Shown in pieces: positions 37,656-46,834 of a stretch of DNA of 64,000 bases. The position numbers and the translations under genes were made by a program. The notes below the pieces were generated by a model. It did not search any database. It was not told the origin of the DNA and saw only the letters and a program-made list of their open reading frames with translations. Source of the DNA: Gaiellales bacterium (GTDB taxonomy: Bacteria; Actinomycetota; Thermoleophilia; Gaiellales; JAICJC01); contig DASWRM010000042.1 in assembly GCA_036403155.1 (NCBI GenBank), positions 49,463-113,462 of the forward strand, given 5' to 3'. Numbering within the stretch: position 1 is the stretch's first letter; each line of letters opens with the position of its first letter.

Positions 37656-38543
37656 ATGAGCTTCGCCGAGGGGTACGAGCGGTCGGCGGGCGAAGGTGCG
37701 CGGATGCGCCGGGCGCGCGGCCTGGCCGAGGGCCAGGCGGTGCCCGCGGCCGATGTCGAGCGTCGCCTGGAGCGGCCGGAGACGGCAGATGCCGAGCTGA
37801 ACGATCTGGCGGTGCGGGCGCAGGCGGGCGACCGCCGCGCGCGCGAGCAGCTCGTGGAGCGGGCGCTGCCGCTGATCCAGCGGGTCGCGGGCCGGTATGC
37901 CGGCCGGGACGTCGATCGGGCCGATCTGGTGCAGGAGGGCGTGATCGGACTCCTGCGGGCGCTGCGCCGGTTCGATGCCGAGCGCGGCGTGCCGTTCACG
38001 GCCTACGCCGGGTGGTGGCTCCGCCAGTCGATGCAGCAGGCGATCGCGGAGCAGTCGCGCGCCGTGCGGCTGCCGACCCACGTGCTCTGGGACATCCACG
38101 CCCTGAAGGAGGCGCGCGGAGCGATCGCGGCGCGGCAGGGACGCGAGGCGACCGCCGCGGAGCTCGAGCGTGAGCTGGGGTGGGGGTCTGGCCGCTTCGC
38201 GGACGTGAGCCGCGCCGAGCGGCCGGCGCTCTCGCTGGACGCGCCGTTTGCGGGCGACGAGGGCGAGATCGATACGCTCGGTGACCTGCTGGCCGACCCG
38301 CTCTCGGGGCAGCGATTCGCCGAGGTGCTGGAGGACGCGTCCACGCCGGCGGTGCGCGCGCTGCTCTCGACGCTCTCCGAGCGGGAGCGCCAGGTGCTCG
38401 CGTGGCGGTTCGGCGAGGAGACGGAGGAGCCCCTCACGTTGCAGCAGATCGGCCGGCGGCTCGGGGTGTCGGCAGAGCGCGTTCGCCAGATCGAGAGGCG
38501 GGCGCTGGCCAAGCTCGAGACGGCCGCGATCGATGGGGCTTGA
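37656..38543 (+). CDS. Sigma-70 family RNA polymerase sigma factor (regions 2-4, SigB-like)
   Basis: Region 2 ..DLVQEGVIGLLRALRRFD..FTAYAGWWLRQ.., region 3 ..RLPTHV.., region 4 ..LTLQQIGRRLGVSAERVRQIERRAL... Confidence 0.88.
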   Translation: MSFAEGYERSAGEGARMRRARGLAEGQAVPAADVERRLERPETADAELNDLAVRAQAGDRRAREQLVERALPLIQRVAGRYAGRDVDRADLVQEGVIGLLRALRRFDAERGVPFTAYAGWWLRQSMQQAIAEQSRAVRLPTHVLWDIHALKEARGAIAARQGREATAAELERELGWGSGRFADVSRAERPALSLDAPFAGDEGEIDTLGDLLADPLSGQRFAEVLEDASTPAVRALLSTLSERERQVLAWRFGEETEEPLTLQQIGRRLGVSAERVRQIERRALAKLETAAIDGA

Positions 38544-38557
38544 AAGACCGGCCGCCG

Positions 38558-38596
38558 TCCTTACCCGGGAGGGTGTGACACACCAACCGGGAAGGA
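38558..38596 (+). promoter_or_regulatory. Imperfect hairpin pairing TCCTT(A)CCCGG with CCGGGAAGGA, covering part of the hsp20 Shine-Dalgarno
   Basis: 10 bp with one bulged A (38558-38568 / 38587-38596). The apical part contains the palindrome GGTGTG-A-CACACC (38572-38584). SD GGAAGGAGG is at 38590-38598 and the ATG at 38605. Confidence 0.35.
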
Positions 38597-38604
38597 GGTT
38601 TCCG

Positions 38605-39060
38605 ATGTTGCGATTGAAGGGCGACCCGCTGCTGGCGGAGCTGCAGTCGCTGAGCGAGGACGTCGACCGGGCGTTCGGTCGGATGCTGGCCTCGCCTGGA
38701 GGCGGGACCTCGGGGTGGATGCCGCCGGCCGACATCTACGAGACGGAGGACGACGTCGTCATCGAGCTCGACGCGCCCGGCGTGCATTCCGAGAACCTCT
38801 CGGTCGAGGCGGTCGACGGGCAGCTCGTCATCGCCGGCGAGCGGCAGCCGAGCGACCAGGCGACGCGGCGATTCCGCGCCGAGCGCTGGAGCGGGAAGTT
38901 CGTGCGCACGTTCGCGTTGCAGCCCGGCCTGCGCACCGACGACGTCCGCGCCGACTACCACGACGGCGTCCTCACCGTGCGGCTGCGCAAGCCGGAGGAG
39001 ACCAAGCCGAAGCGCATCTCCATCCAGCACGGCCGAAAGCAGATCACCGAGAAGAGCTAG
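38605..39060 (+). CDS. Small heat-shock protein, Hsp20/alpha-crystallin family
   Basis: ..PPADIYETEDDVVIELDAPGV.., ..GVLTVRLRK... GGAAGGAGG SD. Internal ATG of track ORF 38248..39060. Confidence 0.92.
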   Translation: MLRLKGDPLLAELQSLSEDVDRAFGRMLASPGGGTSGWMPPADIYETEDDVVIELDAPGVHSENLSVEAVDGQLVIAGERQPSDQATRRFRAERWSGKFVRTFALQPGLRTDDVRADYHDGVLTVRLRKPEETKPKRISIQHGRKQITEKS

Positions 39061-39069
39061 CGGCTTCCG

Positions 39070-39140
39070 GCGGCGGTTGTCGTGCCGATCGGCGCTCCCC
39101 GTGACGGGAGCATGGGCATGGCGGCACAGGCAACCGCCGC
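39070..39140. terminator. Long inverted repeat between convergent hsp20 and malic-enzyme genes
   Basis: Outer 10-bp stem GCGGCGGTTG (39070-39079) / CAACCGCCGC (39131-39140). Inner hairpin GCTCCC-cgtgac-GGGAGC (39094-39111). Confidence 0.4.
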
Positions 39141-39148
39141 GCCGGGCG

Positions 39149-40591
39149 CTACCGGTAGATCTCGGTGACGTCGAGGGGCCGCTGCGGTTCGCGCTGCGCG
39201 ACGCCCGACCGCACGGCGGCATCCGTCACCGCCGCCGCGACCTGCTCGACGACCGCCTTGTTGAAGACGCTGGGGATGATGTACTCGTCGTGCAGCTCGT
39301 CGTCGCCGATCACCGAGGCGACGGCACGCGCGGCCGCCAGGTTCATCTCCTCGTTGATGGTCGTGGCATGCGCGTTCAGGGCCCCGCGGAACATGCCGGG
39401 GAAGCAGAGCACGTTGTTGATCTGGTTCGGGTAGTCGGAGCGCCCCGTCGCGATCACCCTGACCGCGCCCTGGATCTCCTCCGGCGCCACCTCCGGCTCC
39501 GGGTTGGCCATCGCGAACACGATCGCGTCGCCGGCCATCGCGCGGACGGCCTCGACGCTGACCGCCCCCGGCCCCGAGAGGCCGATGAACACGTCCGCTC
39601 CCTCCAGCGCCTCGTCCGCCGTCCCGGTGAACCCGCGCGGGTTCGTGTGCTTGGCATACCACTTGCGGATGCCCGTGAGGCCCCGCTTGCCGGCGTAGAG
39701 CGACCCGTCGCGGTCGCAGCCGACGATGTCCGTGACACCCGCACGCAGGAGCAGCTTGCTGACGGCGACGCCGGCGGCGCCGACGCCCACCAGGACGACC
39801 CGCAGCTGCTCGAGCGGCTTGCCGACGAGCTTGGCCGCGTTGATGAGACCGGCCAGCACGACGACGGCGGTGCCATGCTGATCGTCGTGGAACACCGGGA
39901 TGTCGAGCTCCTGCCGCAGCCGGCCCTCGATCTCGAAGCACCGCGGGGCGGCGATGTCCTCGAGGTTGATCCCGCCGAACCCCGGTGCGAGCGCCTTGAC
40001 GATGGCGATGATCTCGTCGGTGTCCTTGGTGTTCAGGGCGATCGGCCAGGCGTCGATGCCGGCGAACTCCTTGAACAGCATCGCCTTGCCCTCCATCACC
40101 GGCATGGCCGCCTCCGGGCCGATGTCGCCGAGCCCCAGCACCGCCGTGCCGTCCGTGACGACGGCGACCGTGTTCTGCTTGATGGTCAGCGAGCGCACCT
40201 TCTCGCGGTCGCTCGCGATCGCCAGGCAGACCCGCGCCACGCCCGGCGTGTAGGCCATCGACAGGTCGTCGCGCGTCTTCACCGGCACCTTGTTGTGCAC
40301 CTCGATCTTGCCGCCGAGGTGCATCAGGAACGTGCGGTCGCTGACGTTCACGAGCTGGACCCCCGGCACGGACCGGACGGCGTCGACGATCTGCTGGCCG
40401 TGGTCGGCGTCCGACGCCGAGCACGTGATGTCGCGAACGGTGTACTCCTTGCTGACTCGGACGAGGTCGATCGCGCCCATGTCGCCGTTGGCTTCCGCCA
40501 CGGCGGCTGCGACGTGCGCGAACGCGCCCGGCTCGCTCGGGATCTCGAGTCGCATCGTGAGGCTGTAGCTGGCTGACGGGTTGCGCGCCAC
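39149..40591 (-). CDS. NAD(P)-dependent malic enzyme with N-terminal ACT-like domain
   Basis: ..LSMAYTPGVARVC.., ..VVTDGTAVLGLGDIG.., Rossmann VLVGVGAAGVA. GTG start. Confidence 0.9.
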   Translation of the reverse strand: MARNPSASYSLTMRLEIPSEPGAFAHVAAAVAEANGDMGAIDLVRVSKEYTVRDITCSASDADHGQQIVDAVRSVPGVQLVNVSDRTFLMHLGGKIEVHNKVPVKTRDDLSMAYTPGVARVCLAIASDREKVRSLTIKQNTVAVVTDGTAVLGLGDIGPEAAMPVMEGKAMLFKEFAGIDAWPIALNTKDTDEIIAIVKALAPGFGGINLEDIAAPRCFEIEGRLRQELDIPVFHDDQHGTAVVVLAGLINAAKLVGKPLEQLRVVLVGVGAAGVAVSKLLLRAGVTDIVGCDRDGSLYAGKRGLTGIRKWYAKHTNPRGFTGTADEALEGADVFIGLSGPGAVSVEAVRAMAGDAIVFAMANPEPEVAPEEIQGAVRVIATGRSDYPNQINNVLCFPGMFRGALNAHATTINEEMNLAAARAVASVIGDDELHDEYIIPSVFNKAVVEQVAAAVTDAAVRSGVAQREPQRPLDVTEIYR

Positions 40592-40600
40592 GGGGCGGGA

Positions 40601-40652
40601 AGCGTATCGACTCGCTGCACGGCGGGCGCCCGGAACAGCGGTGGTCTACGGT
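40601..40652. promoter_or_regulatory. Divergent leaderless -10s: TACGCT (minus, malic enzyme) and TACGGT (plus, hydrolase)
   Basis: Minus strand: gaTACGCTtcccgccccGTG. Plus strand: tcTACGGTtgcggcGTG. Confidence 0.5.
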
Positions 40653-40658
40653 TGCGGC

Positions 40659-41474
40659 GTGACCCTCCACCATCAGATCGCGGGCGAGGGCAGCGCCGTC
40701 GTGCTGATCCACGCAGGCATCGCCGACAGCCGCATGTGGGACGCCCAGTGGGACGCCTTCACCGCCCGGCACCGCACGCTGCGCTACGACATGCACGAGT
40801 TCGGCCGGTCGCCTCCGCCGGGCGGTGCGTTCGCACACGGCCGCGATCTGATCGAGCTGCTCGAGCGGCTCGAGATCGGGCCGGCGGCGCTGGTCGGCGT
40901 GTCGCTCGGCGGGCGCGTCGCCGCGGAGGTCGCCGTCGCCCGGCCCGACCTCGTCTCGGCGCTGGTGCTCGTGGGGCCGGGGATGCCCAGAGCGGGATGG
41001 TCGGACGAGGTGCGCCGCTATGGGGAGGAGGAGGAGCGGTTGCTGGAGGCGGGCGACGTCGACGGCGCCGCCGAGGTGACCGTGCGGTTCTGGGTGGACG
41101 GCGAGGGCCGCCGGCCGGAGGACGTCGATCCGGCCGTCCGGCGGGCCGTGCACGCGATGCAGCTGGCCGCCTACGGGCACATGCTCGCGGCAGATGAGGT
41201 CGAGGAGCTGCCAACCGTCGAGGATCTGGCCGACCGCGTCGCCGAGATCGCCGCCCCGACCCTGCTGATCCTCGGGGAGCACGACCGGGCCGACATCGCC
41301 GCCGCCGTCGAGTGGCTGCACCAGGCGATCGCGGGATCGCGGCTCGAGCGGATCCCGGGCGCGGCGCATGTTCCCAGCATGGAACAGCCGGAGCGGTTCA
41401 CCGAGCTCGTGCTCGGCTTCGTCGCCGAGGCTCAGGCGACCGGGCGCCAGGCCGGCGCCCCGACCACGTCCTGA
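40659..41474 (+). CDS. Alpha/beta hydrolase fold protein
   Basis: ..VVLIHAGIADSRMWD.., nucleophile elbow GVSLGG, C-terminal ..GAAHVPSMEQPE... GTG 40659 chosen (a -10 lies 6 nt upstream). Confidence 0.85.
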   Translation: MTLHHQIAGEGSAVVLIHAGIADSRMWDAQWDAFTARHRTLRYDMHEFGRSPPPGGAFAHGRDLIELLERLEIGPAALVGVSLGGRVAAEVAVARPDLVSALVLVGPGMPRAGWSDEVRRYGEEEERLLEAGDVDGAAEVTVRFWVDGEGRRPEDVDPAVRRAVHAMQLAAYGHMLAADEVEELPTVEDLADRVAEIAAPTLLILGEHDRADIAAAVEWLHQAIAGSRLERIPGAAHVPSMEQPERFTELVLGFVAEAQATGRQAGAPTTS

Positions 41475-42490
41475 AACTCGCGGGCGAACGACCGGTACGA
41501 CACGCCGGTGCCCGACGTGACGCGCACCACCGAGAGCGCCGCCGGGTCTCCCGGCCCGGCGCTGGCGAACGCGATGCGCGCGCCGTCCGGAGCCCAGGCC
41601 GGCGCTCCCGCGGGGCGTGTCGTGGTCAGGCGAACGGCCCGCCCTCCCGGCGCGGGCAGGACATAGAGGCCGGCCGGGGTGACGACGGCCAGCCCCGGGG
41701 ACGCCGGCGACCAGACCGCGGACTCGATGCCCCCGGGCAGCCCGCGCGCGGGCAAGGGCGAGGGCGGCCCGTGGCCGGTCCACCACCAGAGCGTCGATCT
41801 GCCCGCGTCGCGGCGCACCACCACCAGCGCGCGGCTGCCGTTCGCCCAGTCGGGATGTGAGATGTCCCGGCACGGCCGGCTCCGGCCGCAGGGGCTGAGG
41901 ATCCTCGGCACCTCGCCGCGCGGCTGCTCGAGCGCGACCGAGTTCCCGGTCGGCGTCAGATACGTCACGGCGAGCAGCGAGCCGTCCGGAGACCAGGCGA
42001 TTCCGCCGGCCTCCGCCGGGTCGGCCGGGACGACCTCGCCGAGCGTGCGCAGCACCGACCCGTCGGCGTTGAGAATGCTCACCTTCCCGTCCCATTCGAC
42101 CGCGATGTGGGCGCCGTCCGGCGACCACCGCGCATCGGCGACGAGCGTGCCCCGCCAGAGCTCGCGACCGCGCCCGCTCGCCGGCGAGATCGACTCCAGC
42201 CGCTGGCCGTCCCTGTCGGTGCGGACGACCAGCAGGTGCCGGCCGTCCGGGGCCCACGACGCCACGGAGGCCGCGTCCCGCCCGTGTGTCAGCTGCGAGA
42301 CGGTGCCGTCGCGGTGGAGCACGAAGACCTGCGTCAGCGCCGACGAGCGCGACTTGGCGGTGAAGGCGAGCAGCGCCGGCGACCGGGTGGCTCCCGCCGC
42401 CGCTCGCTGGTGGGTGGGGGCGCCGGTCGCGAGCAGCGCGCCGGCCGCCGCGACGGCGCAGACCACGGCGATCGCCACGCGCACCGCCAT
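41432..42490 (-). CDS. Secreted TolB-like beta-propeller protein (PD40/WD40-like repeats)
   Basis: Signal-like MAVRVAIAVVCAVAAAGALLA. Repeated W(A/S)PDG blades (WAPDGRHLL, WSPDGAHIAV, WSPDGSLLAV, WAPDGARIAF). Its 3' end overlaps the hydrolase gene by 43 nt. Confidence 0.8.
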   Translation of the reverse strand: MAVRVAIAVVCAVAAAGALLATGAPTHQRAAAGATRSPALLAFTAKSRSSALTQVFVLHRDGTVSQLTHGRDAASVASWAPDGRHLLVVRTDRDGQRLESISPASGRGRELWRGTLVADARWSPDGAHIAVEWDGKVSILNADGSVLRTLGEVVPADPAEAGGIAWSPDGSLLAVTYLTPTGNSVALEQPRGEVPRILSPCGRSRPCRDISHPDWANGSRALVVVRRDAGRSTLWWWTGHGPPSPLPARGLPGGIESAVWSPASPGLAVVTPAGLYVLPAPGGRAVRLTTTRPAGAPAWAPDGARIAFASAGPGDPAALSVVRVTSGTGVSYRSFAREFQDVVGAPAWRPVA

Positions 42491-42496
42491 CCGACG

Positions 42497-42542
42497 ATGG
42501 TACCGGGCTGCAGCGGATGGCTCCCGCGCGATCAACTACGCT
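42497..42542. promoter_or_regulatory. Divergent leaderless -10s: TACCAT (minus, TolB-like) and TACGCT (plus, polA)
   Basis: Minus strand: ggTACCATcgtcggATG. Plus strand: acTACGCTtgcccgGTG. Confidence 0.5.
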
Positions 42543-42548
42543 TGCCCG

Positions 42549-45131
42549 GTGGCGACCGCGAAGCAGACCAAGCCGTCCGATCTCGACCTGGACGACGCGC
42601 CGGCCCGCACGTGCGACGTCTACCTGATCGACGGCAACGGCCTCGCCTACCGCGCGTTCCACGCGCTCCCGGAGGAGCTGCAGACGGCCGAGGGCCAGCC
42701 GACCAACGCACTGCTCGGCATGGCGAACATGCTGATGAAGATGCTCGCCGACTACCGGCCCGCGACGGTGCTGGTCGCCTGGGACGAGCGGCCGACCAAG
42801 CGGCTGGAGCTCGACCCCGACTACAAGGCGAACCGCAAGCCGACGCCGTCGCTCCTGCAGGCGCAGCGCCCGTACTTCGCGCCGATCGTCGAGGCGTTCG
42901 GATACCGCAACATCCGGGTCGAGGGCATGGAGGCCGACGACGTGATCGGCACCCTGTCGGCCAGGGCCGAGGAGGCCGGGCACCGCGTATGCGTCGTCTC
43001 GACCGACCGGGACGCGTTCCAGCTGGCCTCGGACAGCGTCTGCGTGATGATGACGCCCCGCGGGGTCTCGGACGTGGTCGTCTACACCCCCGAGCGCATC
43101 CGCCAGCGCTACGGCATCGGGCCCGCGCAGATCCCCGACTTCATCGGCCTGAAGGGCGACACCTCCGACAACATCCCGGGGGTTCCGGGGATCGGCGAGA
43201 AGACGGCCGCCGACCTGCTGGTCCAGTTCGACACGCTCGAGGGCGTCTACGAGCACCTCGACGAGGTGGCGGGCGAGAAGCGCCGGGAGGCGCTCCGCGA
43301 CAACCACGACGACGCGGTCAAGAGCAAGCGGCTCGCGACCATCGACCGCAACCTCGACATCGACGTCGACTTCACGGCGCTCGTCGCCGAGCAGCCCGAC
43401 CGCTCGACGATGAAGGAGCTGTTCCGCACGCTCGAGTTCCGGGCGCTGCTGAAGCGGGTCGACGAGCTGGAGGAGGTGATCCCGGCCGCTCCCGGGGCGC
43501 CGCTCGAGCGCACCGACATGTCGTGGTGGGAGGGAACGGTGGGCGACATCGCCCGCCTCCCGCACGAGCTGGCCGTCTCGGTGCGCGACGACCGGGTGGC
43601 CGTCGCATCGGCCGGCCGCGATGTCCTGGTCGCCCCGGTTGCCGACCGGGCGGCGCTGGCCGATGCGCTCGCCGGCCACCGCGTGATCACCCACGGCGAG
43701 CACATCCCCAGGCTGCTTCCCGCGGGCGACACGCAGATCGCGGCGTATCTGCTCGATCCCGGCCGCTCCGGGTACGAGATCGCCGACCTGGCCGAGGAGC
43801 AGGGCGTCGCGCCGGCCGTCCAGGCCGACCCCGAGACGGCGGAGCTGGTGGCCGCGGCGGGCACCCAGCTGGCGATCCACGGCGGCCTCGCCGAGCGCAT
43901 CGCGGCGCGCGAGATGACCGCGCTCTACACCGACATCGAGCTGCCGCTCGTCCCGGTGCTCGCCGAGATGGAGCGGTGCGGCGTGCAGGTGGACAGCTAC
44001 CGCCTGGCGGAGATCGCCGCCAAGCTGCGCGACCAGGTGGACGAGCTCGAGCAGCAGGCGTACGAGCTGGCCGGCGGGCCGTTCACGATCGGATCGCCGA
44101 AGCAGCTTGGCGAGGTGCTATTCGAGCGCCTCGGCCTCCCCGCCGACCGCAAGGGCAAGACCGGCTACTCGACCGACGCACGGGTGCTCGCGAAGATCCG
44201 CCACCTGAACCCGATCGTCGACGTGGTCGAGGCCTGGCGCGAGCAGTCCAAGCTGCTCAGCACGTACCTCGACCCGCTCCCCGGCCTGGTCGGTGACGAC
44301 GGGCGGCTGCACACGTACTTCAGCCAGACGACGGCCGCCACCGGCCGCCTCAGCTCGATCCGGCCGAACCTCCAGAACATCCCGATCCGCACCCCGCTGG
44401 GCCGGGAGATCCGCGGCGCGTTCATCGCCTCGCCCGGCTTCTGCATCGTGTCGGCCGACTACTCGCAGGTCGAGCTTCGGATACTGGCGCATCTCTCCGG
44501 CGAACCGGCGCTCCGGGACGCCTTCGCCCGCGGCGAGGACATCCATCGCGCGACCGCAGCCGAGGTGCTCGGCAAGCCGGCGGAGGAGCTGACGTCGACC
44601 GAGCGGAACCGCGCCAAGGCGGTCAACTTCGGGATCATCTACGGCATCAGCTCGTTCGGGCTGTCGGAGCAGCTGTCGATCCCGCGCGAGGAGGCGCAGG
44701 CCTACATCGACACGTACCTCGCCCGCTTCCCGCACGTGAACGAGTTCATGCGCGGCGTGATCGGCCGGGCCAAGGAGGACGGGTACGTGACCACGCTGTT
44801 CGGACGCCGCCGGCCGATCCCCGAGCTGCGCGCCTCGAACTACCAGACCCGCAGCCTGGGCGAGCGACTGGCGGTCAACACCGTCATGCAGGGCAGTGCA
44901 GCCGACATCATCAAGGTCGCGATGATCGGCTGCCACCGCCGCCTGCGCGAGCACGACGCGCGCTCGATGCTGGTGCTGCAGGTGCACGACGAGCTCGTGT
45001 TCGAGGCGCCGGAGGACGAGCTGCCGATGCTGCAGCCGCTCGTGCGAGAGGAGATGGTCAGCGCCTACCCGCTCGACCCGCCGCTGGAGGTGGACATCGG
45101 CAGCGGCGCGACGTGGCTGGAGGCCAAGTGA
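42549..45131 (+). CDS. polA: DNA polymerase I
   Basis: Internal GTG of track ORF 41679..45131. 5'-nuclease YLIDGNGLAYRAFHA. Motif A DYSQVELRILAH, motif B RNRAKAVNFGIIYG, motif C QVHDELVFE. Confidence 0.95.
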   Translation: MATAKQTKPSDLDLDDAPARTCDVYLIDGNGLAYRAFHALPEELQTAEGQPTNALLGMANMLMKMLADYRPATVLVAWDERPTKRLELDPDYKANRKPTPSLLQAQRPYFAPIVEAFGYRNIRVEGMEADDVIGTLSARAEEAGHRVCVVSTDRDAFQLASDSVCVMMTPRGVSDVVVYTPERIRQRYGIGPAQIPDFIGLKGDTSDNIPGVPGIGEKTAADLLVQFDTLEGVYEHLDEVAGEKRREALRDNHDDAVKSKRLATIDRNLDIDVDFTALVAEQPDRSTMKELFRTLEFRALLKRVDELEEVIPAAPGAPLERTDMSWWEGTVGDIARLPHELAVSVRDDRVAVASAGRDVLVAPVADRAALADALAGHRVITHGEHIPRLLPAGDTQIAAYLLDPGRSGYEIADLAEEQGVAPAVQADPETAELVAAAGTQLAIHGGLAERIAAREMTALYTDIELPLVPVLAEMERCGVQVDSYRLAEIAAKLRDQVDELEQQAYELAGGPFTIGSPKQLGEVLFERLGLPADRKGKTGYSTDARVLAKIRHLNPIVDVVEAWREQSKLLSTYLDPLPGLVGDDGRLHTYFSQTTAATGRLSSIRPNLQNIPIRTPLGREIRGAFIASPGFCIVSADYSQVELRILAHLSGEPALRDAFARGEDIHRATAAEVLGKPAEELTSTERNRAKAVNFGIIYGISSFGLSEQLSIPREEAQAYIDTYLARFPHVNEFMRGVIGRAKEDGYVTTLFGRRRPIPELRASNYQTRSLGERLAVNTVMQGSAADIIKVAMIGCHRRLREHDARSMLVLQVHDELVFEAPEDELPMLQPLVREEMVSAYPLDPPLEVDIGSGATWLEAK

Positions 45132-45574
45132 TCGACTGGCTGCAGGTGTCCGGCACGCTCTACGTCCTGCCCGCGCACCGGGGCGAGGAGCGGGGGAGCT
45201 ATCTGTGGCTGGAGGCGGGCGAGCTGCGCGAGGCGCTCGTCGCGGAGCTGTTCCTGCCCGCCGTCCCGCCGTCGCAGCTGGACACGGCCATGGGCATCGC
45301 GACGGGCTCCGTCCAGATCAACGGCGAGCACCGAACCGGCGACGTCCAGCTCGTGTTCGGACGGGTCGGCGAGCAGCGCGGCGTGCTCTCGGCTGACGGC
45401 GGGATACTGGCGGCCGACGTCACGTTCGAGCTGCGGCACCACCCGCCGAGCGGCGGCTTCTGCCCGCGCTGCGGCAGCCCTCTGGTGGTCGACCCCGTGT
45501 CGGTGATCACGCCCCCCGACGGCGGCCTGATCGGCGCACCGGTGACGCGCTGCGACGCATGCGGCTCGTCCTAA
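45128..45574 (+). CDS. Hypothetical protein with C-terminal zinc-ribbon (CPRC..CDAC)
   Basis: GTG 45128 overlaps the polA stop (GTGA). C-terminus ..FCPRCGSPLVV..VTRCDACGSS. Confidence 0.55.
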   Translation: MIDWLQVSGTLYVLPAHRGEERGSYLWLEAGELREALVAELFLPAVPPSQLDTAMGIATGSVQINGEHRTGDVQLVFGRVGEQRGVLSADGGILAADVTFELRHHPPSGGFCPRCGSPLVVDPVSVITPPDGGLIGAPVTRCDACGSS

Positions 45575-46710
45575 TCGCGGCCTGTGCGGCCGGGCTGCTC
45601 GCCGCGGGATGCACGGGACAGGGGAGCTCGGCCACGAGCACCCACGTGCCGCCCCGGTGCGCCGCGCGGTCGCGCCCGCCCACCTCGCTGGTGATCAGCC
45701 TCGCCAAGCGGCCGACGCCCGAGCGGGCGGCGTGCATCGGCCGCACGTACCTGAACATCATCGCGCCGGGATGGGACGGGCTCCCGGGCGATGTCCACGC
45801 TGCGGAGCCGGCCGTTCGCGTGTGGGAGACGCGCTCCCTGCAGTACGGCTTCGCGCAGTGCGCCGGCTGCCCCCAGCCCGCGCTCGACCTCGACGACGTG
45901 CGAGAGCAGCACCCCGAGTGGATCCTCCACGACGCCGCCGGCGAGGAGGTGCACCCGCCCGAGCATCCCACCTGGGCGATGTTCGACATCACCAACACCG
46001 ACTACCTGCAGGCGTGGGCGGAGGCGGCGGAGCAGCAGCTCACGAGCGGCGGCTGGGCCGGGGCCGTGCTGGTCGACGCCGGCAACGGCCCGGCATGGGT
46101 CTCGCCGCCGATCGATCCCGCCACCGGAGAGCCGATGACGATCTCCGCGCACGCGACGTACCTCGGCGAGGCGATGGCGGTGGTGCGCGCCGGTCTCAAG
46201 ACGAACGGCCTGTCGGTGATCGCCGAGAACGGCCCGTTCACGATCGTCCGCCCGGCGCAGATCGGCAGCAGCGACGCGGTCTCCGTCGGCCGCGGGTTCG
46301 CCGATCTGACGGGTGCGGCGTGGACGGCGCTCTACCGCTACTTCGAGGCGGCGCTCGACCGGCGTGTGGGTGCGTGGGTGTGGGACGACGAGCCGCGGCT
46401 GACCCGTGCGCAGCGCGTCTTCGGCCTCGCGTCGTACCTGCTGTTCTCGGGGCCCGACTCGGCGTACGGCGTAGCGACGGGGAGCCAGAGCGCGCTGTAT
46501 CACCTCGACCCCGGCATCCCGACCGACGTGCCGATCACCCGCGACGGCGCCGTGGTGCGGGCGTTCGAGTCCGGCGCGGTGGCGGTGAACCCGAGCGCCG
46601 CCCCCGCGGTCGTCCAGCTCCCCGGACGGGCCAGCTCGTTCACCCTGCCGCCGGGCGGCGCGGTGATCGAGGTGCGCGGCCAGCTGACGGCGAGCTACGC
46701 GGCCGGCTGA
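45559..46710 (+). CDS. Putative lipoprotein (possibly glycoside-hydrolase-like TIM barrel, unverified)
   Basis: MRLVLIAACAAGLLAAGC lipobox. Overlaps the previous ORF by 16 nt. No firm family. Confidence 0.6.
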   Translation: MRLVLIAACAAGLLAAGCTGQGSSATSTHVPPRCAARSRPPTSLVISLAKRPTPERAACIGRTYLNIIAPGWDGLPGDVHAAEPAVRVWETRSLQYGFAQCAGCPQPALDLDDVREQHPEWILHDAAGEEVHPPEHPTWAMFDITNTDYLQAWAEAAEQQLTSGGWAGAVLVDAGNGPAWVSPPIDPATGEPMTISAHATYLGEAMAVVRAGLKTNGLSVIAENGPFTIVRPAQIGSSDAVSVGRGFADLTGAAWTALYRYFEAALDRRVGAWVWDDEPRLTRAQRVFGLASYLLFSGPDSAYGVATGSQSALYHLDPGIPTDVPITRDGAVVRAFESGAVAVNPSAAPAVVQLPGRASSFTLPPGGAVIEVRGQLTASYAAG

Positions 46711-46834
46711 CGGCCCGGGACCGGCACCGACAGCCGGAAAACTCGCGCTCTGTATACTTTCCGCGCGCGCTCGGACGTCCGGGTGGATGTGCCGTGCGCT
46801 CACATTCTTTCAGTAAAGGACTGATCCCGTTCTC

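Noticed and set aside
41432-41474. 43-nt convergent overlap of the hydrolase and TolB-like genes (also 53528-53541, 11016-11032, 33488-33491)
   Set aside because: 3'-3' overlaps of this size are plausible in compact GC-rich genomes, where stop codons are rare in alternative frames. I have no evidence of antisense regulation.
39057-43880. 1607-aa minus-strand ORF, the longest in the track
   Set aside because: Its translation is Arg/Gly/Pro/Ala-rich low-complexity sequence with no motifs. It runs out of frame or antisense across four well-supported genes (malic enzyme, hydrolase, TolB-like, polA). This is a typical shadow ORF of very GC-rich DNA. The same applies to 11317..12927(-), 13395..14438(-), 15555..16901(-), 19811..21448(-), 21867..23534(-), 23804..25915(-), 26037..27236(-), 47713..49389(-), 49444..51564(-), 57994..59751(-) and 62516..63904(-).
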